NCBI GenBank assembly: GCA_964372375.1
Contig: CAYJQF010000004.1
Coordinates: forward strand, 1-42,731
Direction of reading: 5' to 3'
DNA from: Candidatus Woesearchaeota archaeon
GTDB lineage: Archaea > Nanobdellota > Nanobdellia > Pacearchaeales > GW2011-AR1
DNA length: 42,731 nt
Shown here: piece after piece, positions 41,862 to 42,731 of the stretch
How positions within the stretch are numbered: the first letter of the stretch is position 1
Layout: each line of letters starts with the position of its first letter
Program-made: the position numbers and the translations under genes
The notes under the pieces: generated by a model
Told to the model about the DNA's origin: nothing
Database searches by the model: none
The model's input: only the letters and a program-made list of their open reading frames with translations

Positions 41862-41989
41862 TTTATTTGTATTTGATAATAACAATTAAAATAAACTTTG
41901 GAAAAGTTTAACACGCTCAAGAACCAAGATACGGCATAAACATCATTGTATGGTTCTTGACAAAGCAAGGGTTTTTACTTAGTAAAAAC

Positions 41990-42000
41990 AATTAAAAATA
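41990..42000 (+). promoter_or_regulatory. A/T-rich TATA-like box for gatB
   Basis: aattaaaaata ends 20 nt before ATG 42020. Confidence 0.4.
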
Positions 42001-42019
42001 CCTTTCTTCTTGAAGATTG

Positions 42020-42731
42020 ATGGGACAAGCAGTTTTGCAGAAAATAAAAGGAATGATTGGGCTGGAGATACACTGCTATCTTGTTACTAAAGAGAAACTA
42101 TTTTGCAGATGCAGGGCAAGCAGAGAGAGAGGACTACAGGCAAATATCTTCATTTGCCCGATATGTACCGGACAGCCGGGAGCAAAGCCAATGCTTCCTA
42201 ATGAAGAAGCAGTAAGAAAGGCAGTCATGATTGGATTGATGTTAAGATGCAAAATTAACGAGAATCTGCCCTGGATGAGAAAACATTATGACTGGCCTGA
42301 CCTGCCAAAGGGCTATCAAAACACTATTTCCGGTACACATGCCATTCCTCTTGGAGTGCAGGGAGTATTTCAGGGAATTAGAATACGAAGCATGCATTTA
42401 GAAGAAGATCCTGCGTCATGGGAGCCTGAGACAGGAAAAGTTGATTATAATAGATCTGGGTTGCCATTGGTGGAGATACTATCAGAGCCAGATTTCAGCA
42501 CAGCAGAGGAAGTGATATCCTGGCTTAAAGAGCTAGTGCGCGCTCTTTCTTATTTAAAGGCAGTTGACAGTAATGCAGGCATTAAAGTTGATGTGAATGT
42601 TAACATTCCAGGAAAAACTGAAAGAGTGGAAATAAAGAATATCAGTTCATTAGAAAATATACAAAAAGCTATTGAATATGAGCTGGAAAGGCAGGGCAAA
42701 GAAGGAGGGAAGAGCAAAGAGACAAGGAGAT
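42020..42731 (+). CDS. gatB: Asp/Glu-tRNA amidotransferase subunit B, 3' end cut by the window (absent from the ORF track)
   Basis: My own translation gives GLEIHCYL..KLFCRC, ICPICTGQPGAKPMLPNEEAV, YDWPDLPKGYQNT, MHLEEDPAS and NRSGLPLVEILSEPD. The frame is open to the last base. Confidence 0.8.
   Translation, partial: MGQAVLQKIKGMIGLEIHCYLVTKEKLFCRCRASRERGLQANIFICPICTGQPGAKPMLPNEEAVRKAVMIGLMLRCKINENLPWMRKHYDWPDLPKGYQNTISGTHAIPLGVQGVFQGIRIRSMHLEEDPASWEPETGKVDYNRSGLPLVEILSEPDFSTAEEVISWLKELVRALSYLKAVDSNAGIKVDVNVNIPGKTERVEIKNISSLENIQKAIEYELERQGKEGGKSKETRR

Noticed and set aside
1-42731. tRNA, rRNA and other standard RNA genes
   Set aside because: I scanned the intergenic spacers (639-869, 6318-6648, 9852-9947, 10430-10555, 18479-18688, 36982-37033, 37220-37338, 41862-42019). 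I saw no T-arm consensus (GTTCGAATC-like) or cloverleaf. This was a scan by eye, not a covariance search, so an intron-containing or split tRNA cannot be fully excluded.

Overview
The window is densely coded on both strands, with about 54 protein genes and no rRNA, tRNA or CRISPR array that I could recognise. The information-processing genes are clearly archaeal: TBP, TFE, aIF-1A, RNA polymerase subunit L, tRNA-splicing endonuclease, RadB, ATP-dependent DNA ligase and deoxyhypusine synthase. LeuRS, AlaRS and the glycan-assembly genes look bacterial-type. Together with orphan metabolic genes and many overlapping gene ends, this fits a small-genome, DPANN-like archaeon; that assignment is inference. 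Most genes have an A/T-rich TATA-like box ending about 20-30 nt upstream of the ATG, suggesting short or absent leaders, and I used this to revise several start codons. Layout: 1-870 is an AT-rich edge with a thioredoxin/DipZ-like fragment. 870-20150 is mostly housekeeping, interrupted by a solitary RecB/Cas4-like PD-(D/E)xK protein, a convergently overlapping RelE/RHH pair, and two unannotated tandem small Cys-motif membrane genes. 20186-29919 is a complete Wzx/Wzy-type polysaccharide cluster ending in a large polytopic membrane protein with a LamG domain. 29997-30903 encodes Cys-rich secreted proteins. 30908-33342 is an AT-rich accessory cassette. 33391-42731 returns to housekeeping (lig, tbp, trpC, DHH, uppS, dys, gatB) plus a glycine-rich surface protein. 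The best candidate for an undescribed system is the 30908-33342 cassette. It encodes a HEPN-like helical protein, a minimal nucleotidyltransferase with an unexplained C-terminal domain, and a membrane-anchored HExxH protein. It is bracketed by a 47-bp repeat made of paired palindromes, preceded by a duplicated 50-bp promoter/operator unit, and followed by a frameshifted, truncated second copy of the first gene. All functional calls rest on motifs read by eye; no database search was possible.
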